64,000 nucleotides of DNA, from positions 9,282-73,281 of the forward strand of contig JBEKXK010000003.1 of NCBI GenBank assembly GCA_049512055.1. The letters run 5' to 3'. The notes beneath the pieces were generated by a model. That model was given only the letters and a program-made list of their open reading frames with translations, was not told where the DNA came from and ran no database searches. Positions 31,093-41,809 of the stretch are shown here, piece after piece; positions within the stretch are counted from its first letter, which is position 1; every line of letters starts with the position of its first letter. The translations under genes were made by a program, and so were the position numbers. Origin of the DNA: Syntrophales bacterium. Lineage in GTDB: Bacteria > Desulfobacterota > Syntrophia > Syntrophales > UBA2185.

Positions 31093-32286
31093 ATGGCTAA
31101 GAAGAAATTTGAGAGGACGAAACCGCATGTGAATATTGGCACCATTGGGCACGTAGATCATGGTAAGACTACCCTGACGGCGGCAATTACAAAACACTTG
31201 CAGAAAAAAGGATTGGCCGAATTCAGACCCTTTGATTCCATAGACAATGCACCAGAGGAAAAAGAAAGGGGAGTTACCATTAACGTTGCGCACGTGGAAT
31301 ATGAGACAGCGAAGAGACATTACGCCCACGTAGATTGCCCCGGCCACGCGGACTATATAAAGAACATGATATCAGGTGCCGCTCACATGGACGGAACGAT
31401 CCTGGTGGTGGCTGCTTCGGATGGTCCCATGCCTCAGACAAGAGAACACATCCTCCTTGCAAGACAGGTTCGGGTTCCCTATATCGTTGTCTATTTGAAC
31501 AAGATCGACCTTGTAGACGACCCGGAACTTCTGGATCTCGTGGAACTTGAATTGAGGGAGCTCTTGACGCAGTATGAATTTCCCGGCGATGAAGTTCCCA
31601 TAATCAGAGGGTCAGCCTTGAAGGCACTGGAGACTGATGATCCCGATTCACCTGATGCGAAGTCTATCTGGGAGTTGATGGATGCCGTCGATACCTATAT
31701 TCCGGAGCCTGCGCGCGACCTGGATAAACCTTTCCTCATGCCTATTGGTGATGTGTTCTCCATATCAGGCCGGGGGACCGTGGTTACCGGCAGGGCAGAA
31801 AGAGGCATCATCAGAACGGGAGATGAAGTGGAAATAGTCGGTTTCAGACCCACGTTTAAAACAGTCTGTACGGGTGTGGAGATGTTTCGCAAGACCCTTG
31901 ATGAGGGCAGGGCGGGCGATGACATCGGTGTTCTCTTAAGAGGCACCAAACGAGAAGAGGTTGAAAGAGGCCAGGTTGTGGCAAAACCGGGATCAATTAC
32001 GCCCCATACGAAATTCAAAGCGGCAGTCTATGTTCTGACCAAAGAGGAAGGTGGCAGGCATACGCCCTTCTTTCCCGGCTATCGTCCCCAGTTCTATTTC
32101 AGAACCACGGATGTTACAGGGATATGTACGCTGCCTGAAGGTGTCGAGATGGTGATGCCTGGTGACAATATCGAAGTTGAAGTAGATTTGATCACCCCCA
32201 TTGCCATGGAAGAACAGCTCAGGTTCGCCATCAGGGAAGGCGGTCGAACTGTAGGCGCCGGTGTTGTCAGTAAGATAATTGAATAG
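31093..32286 (+). CDS. tuf: Elongation factor Tu (the only copy in the window)
   Basis: [35 protein letters not shown] and NKID. The ORF is open from TTG 31075, but AAGGAGG at 31077-31083 favours the ATG at 31093. Confidence 0.98.
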   Translation: MAKKKFERTKPHVNIGTIGHVDHGKTTLTAAITKHLQKKGLAEFRPFDSIDNAPEEKERGVTINVAHVEYETAKRHYAHVDCPGHADYIKNMISGAAHMDGTILVVAASDGPMPQTREHILLARQVRVPYIVVYLNKIDLVDDPELLDLVELELRELLTQYEFPGDEVPIIRGSALKALETDDPDSPDAKSIWELMDAVDTYIPEPARDLDKPFLMPIGDVFSISGRGTVVTGRAERGIIRTGDEVEIVGFRPTFKTVCTGVEMFRKTLDEGRAGDDIGVLLRGTKREEVERGQVVAKPGSITPHTKFKAAVYVLTKEEGGRHTPFFPGYRPQFYFRTTDVTGICTLPEGVEMVMPGDNIEVEVDLITPIAMEEQLRFAIREGGRTVGAGVVSKIIE

Positions 32287-32312
32287 AAGGAATGCTATAG
32301 GTTGATATATCT

Positions 32313-32621
32313 ATGAAAGATCAGAGAATAAGAATCCGCCTCAAGGCATATGATTATAAACTCCTTGATCGGTCTGTCGAAGATATTGTTGAGACGGCAA
32401 AAAGGACGGGAGCACGTGTGGCCGGGCCCATACCTCTGCCCACGGAAATCAACAAATTTTGCGTCAATCGATCTCCGCACGTAGACAAGAAATCAAGGGA
32501 GCAATTTGAGATAAGGACACACAAGAGACTCATTGATATTATTGAACCGACGCAATCTACTGTAGATGCACTGATGAAATTGGACCTGTCTGCGGGCGTT
32601 GACGTTGAGATAAAATTATAG
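32313..32621 (+). CDS. rpsJ: 30S ribosomal protein S10
   Basis: [19 protein letters not shown]...PLPT...[13 protein letters not shown]. Confidence 0.98.
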   Translation: MKDQRIRIRLKAYDYKLLDRSVEDIVETAKRTGARVAGPIPLPTEINKFCVNRSPHVDKKSREQFEIRTHKRLIDIIEPTQSTVDALMKLDLSAGVDVEIKL

Positions 32622-32821
32622 ATCGTACACGAGATACTATCAGCATCTTCTTTGTCATGTGTGAAGGGATTGTATGTCATTTGTTGGAAATGATGGCGCC
32701 CTTATAAAGAGTCGTATACTGAAGTAATCAGGCATACGGAGAACTAACCGGCAGTTGTAAAGGCTGACGCGCACGTAAGCTTTTGGACTGCTCATCAAGT
32801 GCTAAATATTGTGGGAAGAAC

Positions 32822-33454
32822 ATGAAAAAGTTGCTCGTCGGCAGGAAATTAGGCATGACACAAATTTTTGCGGAAGACGGCGAATCTGTCCCGGTAACTA
32901 TCATCGAGGCGGAGCCATCTGTTGTTGTTCAGAAAAAAACCCAAAAAGATGATGGCTATGATGCACTACAACTGGGATACGGACGGATTAAGCAGAAGAA
33001 TGTGACGAAGGCCCTGCAAGGCCATCTTAATAAAGCAAACAAAGGGTTCTTCCGTAATCTCAAGGAATTCAGAACTGCTACAGATAGCTATGAGCTTGGG
33101 CAGGAACTGAAGGTCGATATGTTTACGATTGGAGATTATATAGATGTCGTCGGAACCTCAAAAGGCAAAGGGTTTGCCGGCGTTGTCAAGAGACACGGCT
33201 TCAGCGGCGGTAGGGCGACGCACGGATCGATGTTTCATAGAGCGCCCGGATCTATCGGGGCGAGTGCGGAGCCATCGCGGGTTCTGAAGGGGAAAAAGCT
33301 TCCAGGACAGATGGGCGATGAGAGGAAGACAATACAAAATTTATTGGTGATGGGTATAAGGCCGGAGCGGAATCTGATTTTGGTTAAGGGATCTATTCCG
33401 GGGTGTAAAAATAGCATTGTCATTATCAGGCAATCAACTAAAATGGGTGGTTAA
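32822..33454 (+). CDS. rplC: 50S ribosomal protein L3
   Basis: MKKLLVGRKLGMTQIF.... The ORF is open from 32783, but the ATG at 32822 matches the conserved L3 N-terminus. Confidence 0.95.
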   Translation: MKKLLVGRKLGMTQIFAEDGESVPVTIIEAEPSVVVQKKTQKDDGYDALQLGYGRIKQKNVTKALQGHLNKANKGFFRNLKEFRTATDSYELGQELKVDMFTIGDYIDVVGTSKGKGFAGVVKRHGFSGGRATHGSMFHRAPGSIGASAEPSRVLKGKKLPGQMGDERKTIQNLLVMGIRPERNLILVKGSIPGCKNSIVIIRQSTKMGG

Positions 33455-33475
33455 GCAGGGTCTGGAGCAGATAAA

Positions 33476-34099
33476 ATGCCAGTTGCCGGTGTATACGATA
33501 TTGAAAATAACAGAGTATCCGAGATCGATTTGAGTGATGCCGTCTTTGCTGCGGAGGTCAATGAAACCGTACTGCATGATGTCGTGAGAATGCAGATGGC
33601 GGGGAAAAGGTGCGGTACCGCGTCAACCAAGAGAAGGCAGGAAATCAGAGGAGGAGGCAAGAAACCTTGGCGCCAGAAAGGTACAGGCAGGGCGAGGGCC
33701 GGGACGACGCGATCCCCTCTCTGGCGGGGCGGCGGGATTGTGTTCGGGCCTCATCCGCGGAGTTACGCATATAAAGTACCGAAGAAAGTCAGGAAGCTGG
33801 CCTTGGTGTCTGCCCTGAGCATGAAGGTAAGGGAAGGGAAGATGTTGATACTGAAAGATTTTCCCATGGACGAAATTAAGACAAAGAAATTTAAAGAGGT
33901 TGTTGATCGATTCGGTTTTAAAAAGGCCTTGCTTGTTTTAGACAAATCTAATCCTGTCTTGGAGAAATCCTCAAGAAATGTAGAGGGAATCAAATTGATT
34001 AGGTCGGAGGGGATTAACGTTTATGACCTTCTGAACTATGATCATGTGGTTCTCTTTGAACCATCGGTGAAGATGATTGAAGGGGCGTTATTGGCATAA
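33476..34099 (+). CDS. rplD: 50S ribosomal protein L4
   Basis: 207 aa, RGGGKKPWRQKGTGRARAGTTRSPLWRGGG. Confidence 0.97.
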   Translation: MPVAGVYDIENNRVSEIDLSDAVFAAEVNETVLHDVVRMQMAGKRCGTASTKRRQEIRGGGKKPWRQKGTGRARAGTTRSPLWRGGGIVFGPHPRSYAYKVPKKVRKLALVSALSMKVREGKMLILKDFPMDEIKTKKFKEVVDRFGFKKALLVLDKSNPVLEKSSRNVEGIKLIRSEGINVYDLLNYDHVVLFEPSVKMIEGALLA

Positions 34100-34386
34100 T
34101 GGATATATATCATACTATTAGAAGGGCGCTGATTACTGAAAAGAGCACTGCTGCGAAGGATGAAAGCAATAAGTATATCTTTGAAGTAGATCGAAGGGCA
34201 AACAAGATTCAGGTTGCCACGGCAGTGGAAAAGCTCTTTAAAGTGAAAGTATTGGATGTTCATGTTATGAATATTGTCGGAAAGAAGAAGAGGGTTGGGA
34301 GGATTATGGGTGAAAAGCGTTCATGGAAAAAAGCAATTGTCACCCTTGCCCCCGGTAATCGTATTGAAATTCATGAAGGCGTGTAA
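34099..34386 (+). CDS. rplW: 50S ribosomal protein L23
   Basis: 95 aa, ...ITEKS...YIFEVDRRANKIQV..AVEKLF.VKV. TAATG overlap with rplD. Confidence 0.96.
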   Translation: MDIYHTIRRALITEKSTAAKDESNKYIFEVDRRANKIQVATAVEKLFKVKVLDVHVMNIVGKKKRVGRIMGEKRSWKKAIVTLAPGNRIEIHEGV

Positions 34387-34407
34387 ACGGGAGAGAGATA
34401 CAGTCGG

Positions 34408-35229
34408 ATGGCTATAAGGAAATATAAACCAACATCGCCGGGCAGAAGATTCCAAACGTGCTCAGATTTTAATGAGATCACGCGAACGGTGCCTGAAAAA
34501 AGTTTGCTCATACCTCTACAACGTACAGGCGGCCGAAATTGCTACGGAAGAATAACAATGAGGCACGTTGGAGGCGGTCATAAGAGGCGATACCGGGCAA
34601 TTGATTTTAGACGAGACAAGACGGAAATACCTGCCAAAGTAGCGGAGCTGGAATACGATCCCAATCGGAGTTCACGGATTGCCTTGCTGTATTATCTTGA
34701 TGGCGAGAAGAGATATATCATAGCTCCGTCAAAAATGGACATAGGCGATACTATCGTAAGCTCCGAAAAAGCCGATATCAAACCCGGAAACACTATGCCC
34801 ATAAAGAATATACCACTCGGCTCCTTTATTCACAATGTGGAGTTGAAGGTTGGGCGTGGAGGCCAGTTGATCCGATCGGCAGGGACATACGGGCAGCTTA
34901 TGGCTAAGGAAGAAGGTTATGCCCAAGTAAGACTCCCTTCGGGAGAGGTAAGAAAGATCTTGCTCGATTGCAAGGCGACCATAGGGCAGGTGGGCAATAT
35001 TGATCATGAAAATATTAGCATCGGCAAAGCCGGTCGGTCAAGGTGGCTGGGAAGACGCCCCAAGGTGAGGGGCGTGGCCATGAATCCAGTCGACCATCCT
35101 ATGGGCGGAGGGGAAGGCAAATCGTCTGGAGGAAGACATCCCTGCACACCGTGGGGCGTTCCGACAAAAGGACATAAGACGCGGAAAAACAAAAAGACTG
35201 ATAAATACATTGTTAAGAGAAGGGGTTAG
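34408..35229 (+). CDS. rplB: 50S ribosomal protein L2
   Basis: [14 protein letters not shown]...[16 protein letters not shown]. Confidence 0.98.
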   Translation: MAIRKYKPTSPGRRFQTCSDFNEITRTVPEKSLLIPLQRTGGRNCYGRITMRHVGGGHKRRYRAIDFRRDKTEIPAKVAELEYDPNRSSRIALLYYLDGEKRYIIAPSKMDIGDTIVSSEKADIKPGNTMPIKNIPLGSFIHNVELKVGRGGQLIRSAGTYGQLMAKEEGYAQVRLPSGEVRKILLDCKATIGQVGNIDHENISIGKAGRSRWLGRRPKVRGVAMNPVDHPMGGGEGKSSGGRHPCTPWGVPTKGHKTRKNKKTDKYIVKRRG

Positions 35230-35232
35230 AAG

Positions 35233-35514
35233 GTGGCGCGTTCAATTAAGAAGGGGGCATATATAAATGAGAAGCTCCTCGACAAGGTCAGAAAGGCTGA
35301 AGAGTCGGGAAGCAAGAGTGTCATAAAGACTTGGTCTCGCCGGTCGACAGTTACTCCTGAATTGATAGGGCATACCTTTGCAGTTCATAACGGGAAGAAG
35401 TTTATTCCAGTCTTTGTTACAGAAAACATGGTGGGACACAAACTCGGTGAATTTGCACCCACGAGAACGTTTTTCAGCCATGCGGGTGATCGGAAAACGA
35501 AAGTACGGAGATAA
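35233..35514 (+). CDS. rpsS: 30S ribosomal protein S19
   Basis: GTG start, [10 protein letters not shown]...[24 protein letters not shown]. Confidence 0.97.
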   Translation: MARSIKKGAYINEKLLDKVRKAEESGSKSVIKTWSRRSTVTPELIGHTFAVHNGKKFIPVFVTENMVGHKLGEFAPTRTFFSHAGDRKTKVRR

Positions 35515-35551
35515 TAACTTAAGTTGAGATCGGTGGTTGGAGTTTAGAGAT

Positions 35552-35884
35552 ATGGAAGCAAAGGCAGTTGCCAAGTATATTCGGGTTTCTCCTCAGAAGG
35601 CTCGATTAGTGGTCGATTTAGTGAGGGGGAAGAAAATTGACGAGGCGAGAACGATACTGCAATTTACGAAGAAATATTCTGCAGGTATCATCAGTAAAGT
35701 TTTGAAATCCGCAGTTGCTAATGCAAAACAGAACCCTAACATCGATGAGAGCATCCTTTATGTAAAGGATATTTTTGTAGATCAGGGTCCTTCACTGAAA
35801 AGATGGCGAGCAAGGGCGCAAGGGAGAGCGGCATCCATAAAGAAGAGGATGAGTCATATAACGATTATTCTGGATGAAGAGTGA
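35552..35884 (+). CDS. rplV: 50S ribosomal protein L22
   Basis: MEAKAVAKYIRVSPQKARLVVDLVRGK. The ORF is open from TTG 35537. Confidence 0.96.
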   Translation: MEAKAVAKYIRVSPQKARLVVDLVRGKKIDEARTILQFTKKYSAGIISKVLKSAVANAKQNPNIDESILYVKDIFVDQGPSLKRWRARAQGRAASIKKRMSHITIILDEE

Positions 35885-35902
35885 GAATTGAGGAGGTGAA
35901 GT

Positions 35903-36550
35903 TTGGGGCAGAAGGTTAACCCGATCGGTTTCAGGCTGGGCGGTATAAAGACGTGGCGGTCGCAGTGGTTTTCAGAGAAGAATTACTCGGAGTTGGTTCA
36001 CGAGGATATCAATATTAGGAAATACCTGAAAAAGAAACTCTATCATGCAGGTATTTCAAGGATAGAAATAGAGAGGGCTGCCAGCAAGGCCAAGGTCAAC
36101 ATTTATGCGGCACGTCCAGGGATCATCATAGGCAAAAAGGGTTCGGAGATAGAGAAACTGAAAAAAGAGCTTGAAGGGGTTTCGAAAAGCGAGATTATTA
36201 TAAATATACTTGAGGTGCGCAAGCCCGAAGTGGACGCACAGCTTGTTGCTGAGAATGTCGCCCTTCAGCTGGAGAGACGTGTTGCTTTCAGGAGGGCCAT
36301 GAAAAAATGTGTTACCTCTTCCCTTAAATTCGGTGCCAAGGGAATCAGAGTAAATTGTGCCGGCAGGCTCGGCGGAGCCGAGATGGCGAGGTCCGAATGG
36401 TACAGGGAAGGAAGGGTGCCCCTGCACACGCTGCGGGCTGATATCGACTGGGGATTTGCAGAAGCGAATACTGCCTATGGACTTATTGGCATAAAGGTAT
36501 GGATATTTCACGGAGAGGTGCTTCCGAGCAAGAAGGGGGCAGATAAATAG
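35903..36550 (+). CDS. rpsC: 30S ribosomal protein S3
   Basis: TTG start after [22 protein letters not shown], with KH and S3-C domains. Confidence 0.97.
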   Translation: MGQKVNPIGFRLGGIKTWRSQWFSEKNYSELVHEDINIRKYLKKKLYHAGISRIEIERAASKAKVNIYAARPGIIIGKKGSEIEKLKKELEGVSKSEIIINILEVRKPEVDAQLVAENVALQLERRVAFRRAMKKCVTSSLKFGAKGIRVNCAGRLGGAEMARSEWYREGRVPLHTLRADIDWGFAEANTAYGLIGIKVWIFHGEVLPSKKGADK

Positions 36551-36557
36551 ATAAACT

Positions 36558-36650
36558 AAATCCTGAATCCTAACGCCAGTATATTATACAAGATCGAAGA
36601 TGCCTATCTGAAATTTACATACTTTTGATATTTTTTAGAACTCAGGATTT
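36558..36650. repeat. 9-bp perfect inverted repeat (AAATCCTGA ... TCAGGATTT) bracketing a 75-nt A/T-rich spacer between rpsC and rplP
   Basis: The arms are at 36558-36566 and 36642-36650, read directly from the sequence. Confidence 0.7.
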
Positions 36651-36700
36651 CTGCTTAAAGGATATTGTTTTTTTGCTGTGACAACTGAGGTCGTTGAATT

Positions 36701-37117
36701 ATGTTGATGCCAAAGAGGGTTAAGTACAGAAAAGTGCAGAGGGGCCGCATGAGTGGCAAGGCAACCAGGGGAAGTGTAGTGACTTTTGGAGAGTATGGCC
36801 TTCAGGCCGCCGAATGCGGCTGGATAACATCCCGGCAAATTGAAGCTGCCCGTGTTGCCATGACCCGCCACGTCAAACGAGGGGGAAAAATCTGGATAAG
36901 AATATTTCCTCATAAGTCAGTAACGAAGAAACCGGCGGAAACCCGGATGGGTAAAGGAAAAGGAGCCCCTGAAGGGTGGGTTGCAGTTGTAAAACCTGGT
37001 GTTGTCCTTTATGAAATGGAGGGGGTTACGGAGGAAGTTGCCCGCGAAGCCTTCAGACTGGCTGCTCATAAGCTTCCGATTGCAACTAAGTTTCTATCAA
37101 GGGAGATGATTGGGTGA
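36701..37117 (+). CDS. rplP: 50S ribosomal protein L16
   Basis: [21 protein letters not shown]. Confidence 0.98.
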   Translation: MLMPKRVKYRKVQRGRMSGKATRGSVVTFGEYGLQAAECGWITSRQIEAARVAMTRHVKRGGKIWIRIFPHKSVTKKPAETRMGKGKGAPEGWVAVVKPGVVLYEMEGVTEEVAREAFRLAAHKLPIATKFLSREMIG

Positions 37118-37311
37118 AGATTAAAGAGATAAGAGATCTTGATACTGACGAACTCATGCAGAAAAATAAAGAGCTTGTTGAGGAACTTTTTAAACTCCGC
37201 CTGCGACATACGACGGGTCAGTTGGAATCTCCTGCCATGATGAGTTCTGTGCGGAAAAGTATTGCACGTATTAGGACAGTGCTCAGGGAGAGGGAGGTTC
37301 AGAAGATATGA
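37114..37311 (+). CDS. rpmC: 50S ribosomal protein L29
   Basis: 65 aa with a GTGA overlap with rpl[31 protein letters not shown]. Confidence 0.95.
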   Translation: MKIKEIRDLDTDELMQKNKELVEELFKLRLRHTTGQLESPAMMSSVRKSIARIRTVLREREVQKI

Positions 37312-37565
37312 GGGAACGCGGCAATAAGAGAATCATTAAAGGTGTAGTGGTCAGCAACAAGATGGACAAGACAATTGTAGTTCGAGCAGAGAGGCTGGTC
37401 AAGCATTCCGTGTTTCACAAGTATATGAGACGATATGTCAAGTACAAAGCCCATGATGAGGGAAATGCGTGTAATATTGGTGATAAAGTACTCATAGTTG
37501 AGTCAAGGCCATTGAGCAAGGAGAAGCGGTGGCGCATGCGCACGATAATTGAAAGGGCCAAATAA
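37308..37565 (+). CDS. rpsQ: 30S ribosomal protein S17
   Basis: 85 aa, [15 protein letters not shown]....VKH..YHKY. Confidence 0.96.
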   Translation: MRERGNKRIIKGVVVSNKMDKTIVVRAERLVKHSVFHKYMRRYVKYKAHDEGNACNIGDKVLIVESRPLSKEKRWRMRTIIERAK

Positions 37566-37587
37566 CTGAAAATCTACGGAAGAAATT

Positions 37588-37616
37588 CTGTTCGGGAATG
37601 AATGATTCCCGAACAG
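37588..37616 (+). promoter_or_regulatory. Perfect 12-bp stem-loop at the S10/spc operon junction (no U-tract)
   Basis: CTGTTCGGGAAT-gaatg-ATTCCCGAACAG, located between the rpsQ stop and the rplN start. Confidence 0.6.
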
Positions 37617-37629
37617 GTATGGTGATATC

Positions 37630-37998
37630 ATGATTCAGATGCAGACTATTTTAAATGTGGCAGATAATTCCGGTGCCAAGAAGGTCGCATGTATTAAGGT
37701 TCTTGGCGGGTCGAAAAGAAGGTATGCCAGCGTGGGTGATGTGATTGTCGTTTCTATAAAGGAAGCCATTCCCAATTCGAAGGTTAAGAAAGGGGATGTC
37801 ATGAAAGCCGTTGTCGTGCGTACCGCAAAAGAAGTAAGGAGGCCCGACGGATCTTATCTGAAGTTTGATGATAATTCTGCCGTCCTGATTACTAATCAGA
37901 TGGAGCCCATCGGAACGAGGATTTTTGGACCCGTTGCAAGGGAGTTACGGGCTAAGCAGTTCATGAAGATCATTTCGCTGGCGCCCGAGGTCTTATGA
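37630..37998 (+). CDS. rplN: 50S ribosomal protein L14
   Basis: [27 protein letters not shown]. Confidence 0.98.
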   Translation: MIQMQTILNVADNSGAKKVACIKVLGGSKRRYASVGDVIVVSIKEAIPNSKVKKGDVMKAVVVRTAKEVRRPDGSYLKFDDNSAVLITNQMEPIGTRIFGPVARELRAKQFMKIISLAPEVL

Positions 37999-38021
37999 AG
38001 GGTCGGAGTGGGGTATAGGAA

Positions 38022-38342
38022 ATGCAAGTCAAACGACTGAAAAAAGGCGATATGGTGAAAGTGATTACCGGTAAAGAAAAGGGAAAAACCGGTAAGATTA
38101 TGAAGGTCATAAATGATAGAGACCAAGTGGTTGTAGAGAAGTTGAACATCGTTAAGAGACATAAGAGGCCCGATCAAAAGGGGAAGGGTGGAATCGTGGA
38201 AAAAGAAGGGCCGATCAATATCTCCAACGTCATGTTCCTTTGCAATAAGTGTGATGAAGGTGTCAGGGTCGGATACAAGCTCCTGGAGGATGGGGCGAAG
38301 ACACGAGTTTGCAAAAAATGCAACGATATATTGGATACGTAG
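38022..38342 (+). CDS. rplX: 50S ribosomal protein L24
   Basis: 106 aa with the KOW motif [20 protein letters not shown]. Confidence 0.96.
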   Translation: MQVKRLKKGDMVKVITGKEKGKTGKIMKVINDRDQVVVEKLNIVKRHKRPDQKGKGGIVEKEGPINISNVMFLCNKCDEGVRVGYKLLEDGAKTRVCKKCNDILDT

Positions 38343-38353
38343 GTCAAGATAAA

Positions 38354-38893
38354 ATGGCGAGACTGAGAAATTATTATATAAAACAGGTCGTACCTTCTCT
38401 GGTTAAGGAGTTCAATTATAAGAACCGTATGCAGGTGCCAAAACTCGACAAGATAGTCGTGAATATGGGCGTCGGTGAAGCAATTCAGAACATAAAGGCG
38501 TTGGAAAGCGCAGTCGCGGACCTCTCCATGATTGTAGGGCAGAAGCCCGTGATAACAAAAGCAAAGAAGTCGATAGCCACATTTAAGCTTCGCCAAGGCA
38601 TGTCAATAGGATGCCGGGTTACACTTAGGGGAGACAGGATGTATGAGTTTTTTGACAGGCTTGTCAATGTCGCGCTTCCCAGAGTCCGTGATTTCAGGGG
38701 CATATCGCCGAAATCTTTTGACGGTAGAGGGAATTTTGCCATTGGATTGAAGGAGCAGATAATCTTCCCCGAGATAGATTATGACAAAATTGATAAAATC
38801 AGAGGGATGAATATTGTAATTGCGACGACTGCCAAGACAGATGAAGAGGCGAGGCAACTCCTTAGGTTCATGGGTTTACCATTTAGAAACTGA
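38354..38893 (+). CDS. rplE: 50S ribosomal protein L5
   Basis: [41 protein letters not shown]. The ORF is open from 38309. Confidence 0.97.
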   Translation: MARLRNYYIKQVVPSLVKEFNYKNRMQVPKLDKIVVNMGVGEAIQNIKALESAVADLSMIVGQKPVITKAKKSIATFKLRQGMSIGCRVTLRGDRMYEFFDRLVNVALPRVRDFRGISPKSFDGRGNFAIGLKEQIIFPEIDYDKIDKIRGMNIVIATTAKTDEEARQLLRFMGLPFRN

Positions 38894-38928
38894 TAAAGGG
38901 AATAGGAAAGATATCTGGAGGAATAGGT

Positions 38929-39114
38929 GTGGCGAAGAAGTCCTTGATTGCAAAAGCGAGAAGGAATCCAAAATTTTCAGTGAGGGTTTACAACCGTTGC
39001 CCCATATGCGGTAGGCCGAGAGCTTACTTCAGAAAATTCGACATGTGCAGAATCTGCCTGAGGAATCGTGCACTGAAAGGCGAAATTCCCGGGCTCATTA
39101 AGTCCAGCTGGTAA
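38929..39114 (+). CDS. rpsN: 30S ribosomal protein S14 type Z (zinc-binding, 61 aa)
   Basis: GTG start, [45 protein letters not shown]. Confidence 0.96.
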   Translation: MAKKSLIAKARRNPKFSVRVYNRCPICGRPRAYFRKFDMCRICLRNRALKGEIPGLIKSSW

Positions 39115-39135
39115 GCTATATTAAGGAGTAATGTT

Positions 39136-39537
39136 ATGGGGATGACAGATCCTATCGCTGATATGTTAACAAGAATTCGTAATGCCAACAATGTGCGATT
39201 CAAGAACGTGGATGTTCTCTTGTCCAGGATAAATCTCAATATCGCAAAAGTATTGAAGAAATCCGGGTATATAAGCGGCTACGATATTAAAAAAGATGCC
39301 AACGGACATCAGACATTGAGAATATACCTAAGATATGCAGACGCAAAAAGGTCGGTTCTAACGGGCATTCAAAGGGTCAGTAAACCCGGAAGAAGGGTCT
39401 ATGTGAGAAGTGAGAGGATACCAAAGGTATTGAACGGTTACGGTATTGCGATTCTCTCCACATCAAAAGGGATATTAACAGATAAAGAAGCAAGTGAGTC
39501 GAAACTGGGTGGAGAAGTGCTCTGCAATGTATGGTAG
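39136..39537 (+). CDS. rpsH: 30S ribosomal protein S8
   Basis: MTDPIADMLTRIRNA. Confidence 0.97.
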   Translation: MGMTDPIADMLTRIRNANNVRFKNVDVLLSRINLNIAKVLKKSGYISGYDIKKDANGHQTLRIYLRYADAKRSVLTGIQRVSKPGRRVYVRSERIPKVLNGYGIAILSTSKGILTDKEASESKLGGEVLCNVW

Positions 39538-39581
39538 AAATCTTTTTCGACATCGTCATTTAGTATCTGGAGATTTATTCA

Positions 39582-40121
39582 ATGTCAAGAATCGGTAAGA
39601 AACCCGTTATAATTCCTCAAGGGGTGAAGATCAGTCGGGATAAATCGACAGTCAACGTTCAGGGCCCCAAGGGGATCCTGTCTATGGAAATACCCCAGGG
39701 AGTTGAGGTAACGATAAATAATGGGACGATAGAGGTCAATACATCCTCTGAGACTAGAAAAGGGAAAGCCTATCACGGCCTCGTGAGGACACTGATAGCG
39801 AATATGGTGATGGGTGTTACCGTTGGCTTTCAGAAGGGCCTGGAACTCTCTGGTATCGGATACCGGGCCGAGAAAAGTGGTGATATTCTCAGATTGGTTT
39901 TAGGATTCTCAAGTCCTTTGGAGTTCAGGATTCCTAAGGGAATAGATGTAAAGATTGATAAACAGATCAATATTATGGTCAGTGGAATTGACAAGCAACT
40001 CGTAGGAAGAGTTGCTGCTGAAATTAGAGACCTAAAAAAACCTGAACCCTATAAAGGAAAAGGGATAAGGTATGTTGGAGAAAAGGTTAGAAGGAAAGTG
40101 GGTAAGTCCGTCGGGGCCTGA
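39582..40121 (+). CDS. rplF: 50S ribosomal protein L6
   Basis: MSRIGKKPVIIPQGVKI...V.GPKG. Confidence 0.97.
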   Translation: MSRIGKKPVIIPQGVKISRDKSTVNVQGPKGILSMEIPQGVEVTINNGTIEVNTSSETRKGKAYHGLVRTLIANMVMGVTVGFQKGLELSGIGYRAEKSGDILRLVLGFSSPLEFRIPKGIDVKIDKQINIMVSGIDKQLVGRVAAEIRDLKKPEPYKGKGIRYVGEKVRRKVGKSVGA

Positions 40122-40190
40122 TGTATTGATTCGTCCATGGTTTGAAAACATCTTTAACGGTGTGGTGATGAACGCATAAGGGGTAAAGAA

Positions 40191-40556
40191 TTGGCATCGA
40201 AAAAAGTAGAGAAGATACGAATTAAACGTAAGAAGAGGGTGAGAGGAAAAATATTCGGCACGGAGACTAGGCCGCGTCTTTCTATTTTTAGGAGTTCTAG
40301 ACATATATATGTTCAGGCTATTGCAGATGATGTCGGACGGACGCTGGTTGAGGTTTCAACACTGAGCAAAGAAATCAAGGGTACCCTTGATGGTTCTAAG
40401 AAGGTTGATGCAGCGAAGAAAGTCGGCAAGCTTGTTTCAACAAAATTGAAGGCTCTGGGTATAGAACATGCTGTTTTTGACAGAGGATGTTACCTGTATC
40501 ACGGGCGTGTTGAGGCGCTCGCCGAGGGGGCAAGAGAGGCAGGGTTAAAAATTTAA
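40191..40556 (+). CDS. rplR: 50S ribosomal protein L18
   Basis: TTG start, [18 protein letters not shown]...[24 protein letters not shown]. Confidence 0.96.
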   Translation: MASKKVEKIRIKRKKRVRGKIFGTETRPRLSIFRSSRHIYVQAIADDVGRTLVEVSTLSKEIKGTLDGSKKVDAAKKVGKLVSTKLKALGIEHAVFDRGCYLYHGRVEALAEGAREAGLKI

Positions 40557-40560
40557 GTTT

Positions 40561-41082
40561 TTGGGTCTACATTACTCGAAGGGAATGGTTATTACTGAGG
40601 ATATGGAAGAATTAGAACTTCTTGACAGAGTCATAGCAATTAACAGAACAGCCAAAGTCGTCAAGGGCGGGCGAAGGTTTCGGTTCAGTGCTATAGTTGT
40701 CGTTGGAGACGGACATGGATCTGTGGGGGCCGGTCTGGGAAAGGCCCACGAGGTCCCGGAGGCGATCAGAAAAGGCATGGAAAGGGCCAAGAAAAGCATG
40801 GTTAAAGTTGCCATTTCCAATAGGACGGTTCCCTACGAGGTTGTTGGAAAGTATGGTGCAGGTAGGGTTCTCCTGAAGCCCGCTTCCGAGGGAACTGGTC
40901 TCATAGCAGGAGGGGCGGTGAGAGCGGTTCTTGAAGTTACGGGAGTCCATAACATACTGACAAAATGTTTAGGTTCACATAACCCGCACAATCTGGTCAA
41001 GGCTACAATTGAAGGTCTTTGTCAATTGAAGGACCCGGCGGAAATCTCATCCCTGAGAGGGAGAACTGGCGCTGACAGCTGA
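40561..41082 (+). CDS. rpsE: 30S ribosomal protein S5
   Basis: [40 protein letters not shown]. The start is uncertain (TTG 40561, ATG 40585 or ATG 40603). Confidence 0.95.
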   Translation: MGLHYSKGMVITEDMEELELLDRVIAINRTAKVVKGGRRFRFSAIVVVGDGHGSVGAGLGKAHEVPEAIRKGMERAKKSMVKVAISNRTVPYEVVGKYGAGRVLLKPASEGTGLIAGGAVRAVLEVTGVHNILTKCLGSHNPHNLVKATIEGLCQLKDPAEISSLRGRTGADS

Positions 41083-41170
41083 TGATTTCATAAGAGGTCG
41101 TCGATCGCCACTGCTGAATGGCCTCATATGAGTTGTAATAATCAGTATGCGCGTTATAGAGGGACAAATT

Positions 41171-41368
41171 GTGGGTAAGAAGCTCAAAATAACAATGGTG
41201 AAAAGCTATATAGGCAGGCCACAGAAACAGCGGCAGATACTTCGTGGGATGGGATTGGGGAAATTGAACAAAACTGTTCTGCTTGAGGATACACCCGAGA
41301 TTCGCGGCATGATTAAGAAAGTGAGTCATCTGGTGTCTATGGAAGAACTAAAGGGGAACGAGGCATGA
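41171..41368 (+). CDS. rpmD: 50S ribosomal protein L30
   Basis: (M)[35 protein letters not shown]. The GTG at 41171 follows GAGGGA. The ORF is open from ATG 41147. Confidence 0.92.
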   Translation: MGKKLKITMVKSYIGRPQKQRQILRGMGLGKLNKTVLLEDTPEIRGMIKKVSHLVSMEELKGNEA

Positions 41369-41808
41369 ATTTGAGTTCATTGAAGCCGCCAGAGGGTTCA
41401 AGGAAAAAAAGAAAAAGAATCGGCCGCGGCGATGGATCAGGGCATGGCGGCACATCGACAAAGGGACATAAAGGTCAGAATGCCCGTTCAGGAGGAAAAG
41501 TCAGACCAGGTTTCGAGGGTGGCCAGATGCCCCTTTCACGAAGATTGCCGAAGAGAGGGTTTCGTAACCCTTTCCGGACAAACATTGTGATCATAAATAT
41601 AGATCAATTGAAAAGATTTCCCGAGGGTTCCATTATTGACAAGGATGCTCTCTTAGAAGCCGGCCTGGTGAACAGAATAGGAGATGGTATCAAAGTCTTG
41701 GGCAAAGGCAACATAGAGTATCCGATATCGGTGAAGGTTAATATGATAAGTCGCGGAGCCAAAGTCAAGATCGAGGCTGCCGGCGGCTCGGTAGTAGAGG
41801 TTATCTGA
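41365..41808 (+). CDS. rplO: 50S ribosomal protein L15
   Basis: [35 protein letters not shown]. Confidence 0.97.
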   Translation: MNLSSLKPPEGSRKKRKRIGRGDGSGHGGTSTKGHKGQNARSGGKVRPGFEGGQMPLSRRLPKRGFRNPFRTNIVIINIDQLKRFPEGSIIDKDALLEAGLVNRIGDGIKVLGKGNIEYPISVKVNMISRGAKVKIEAAGGSVVEVI

Positions 41809-41809
41809 T

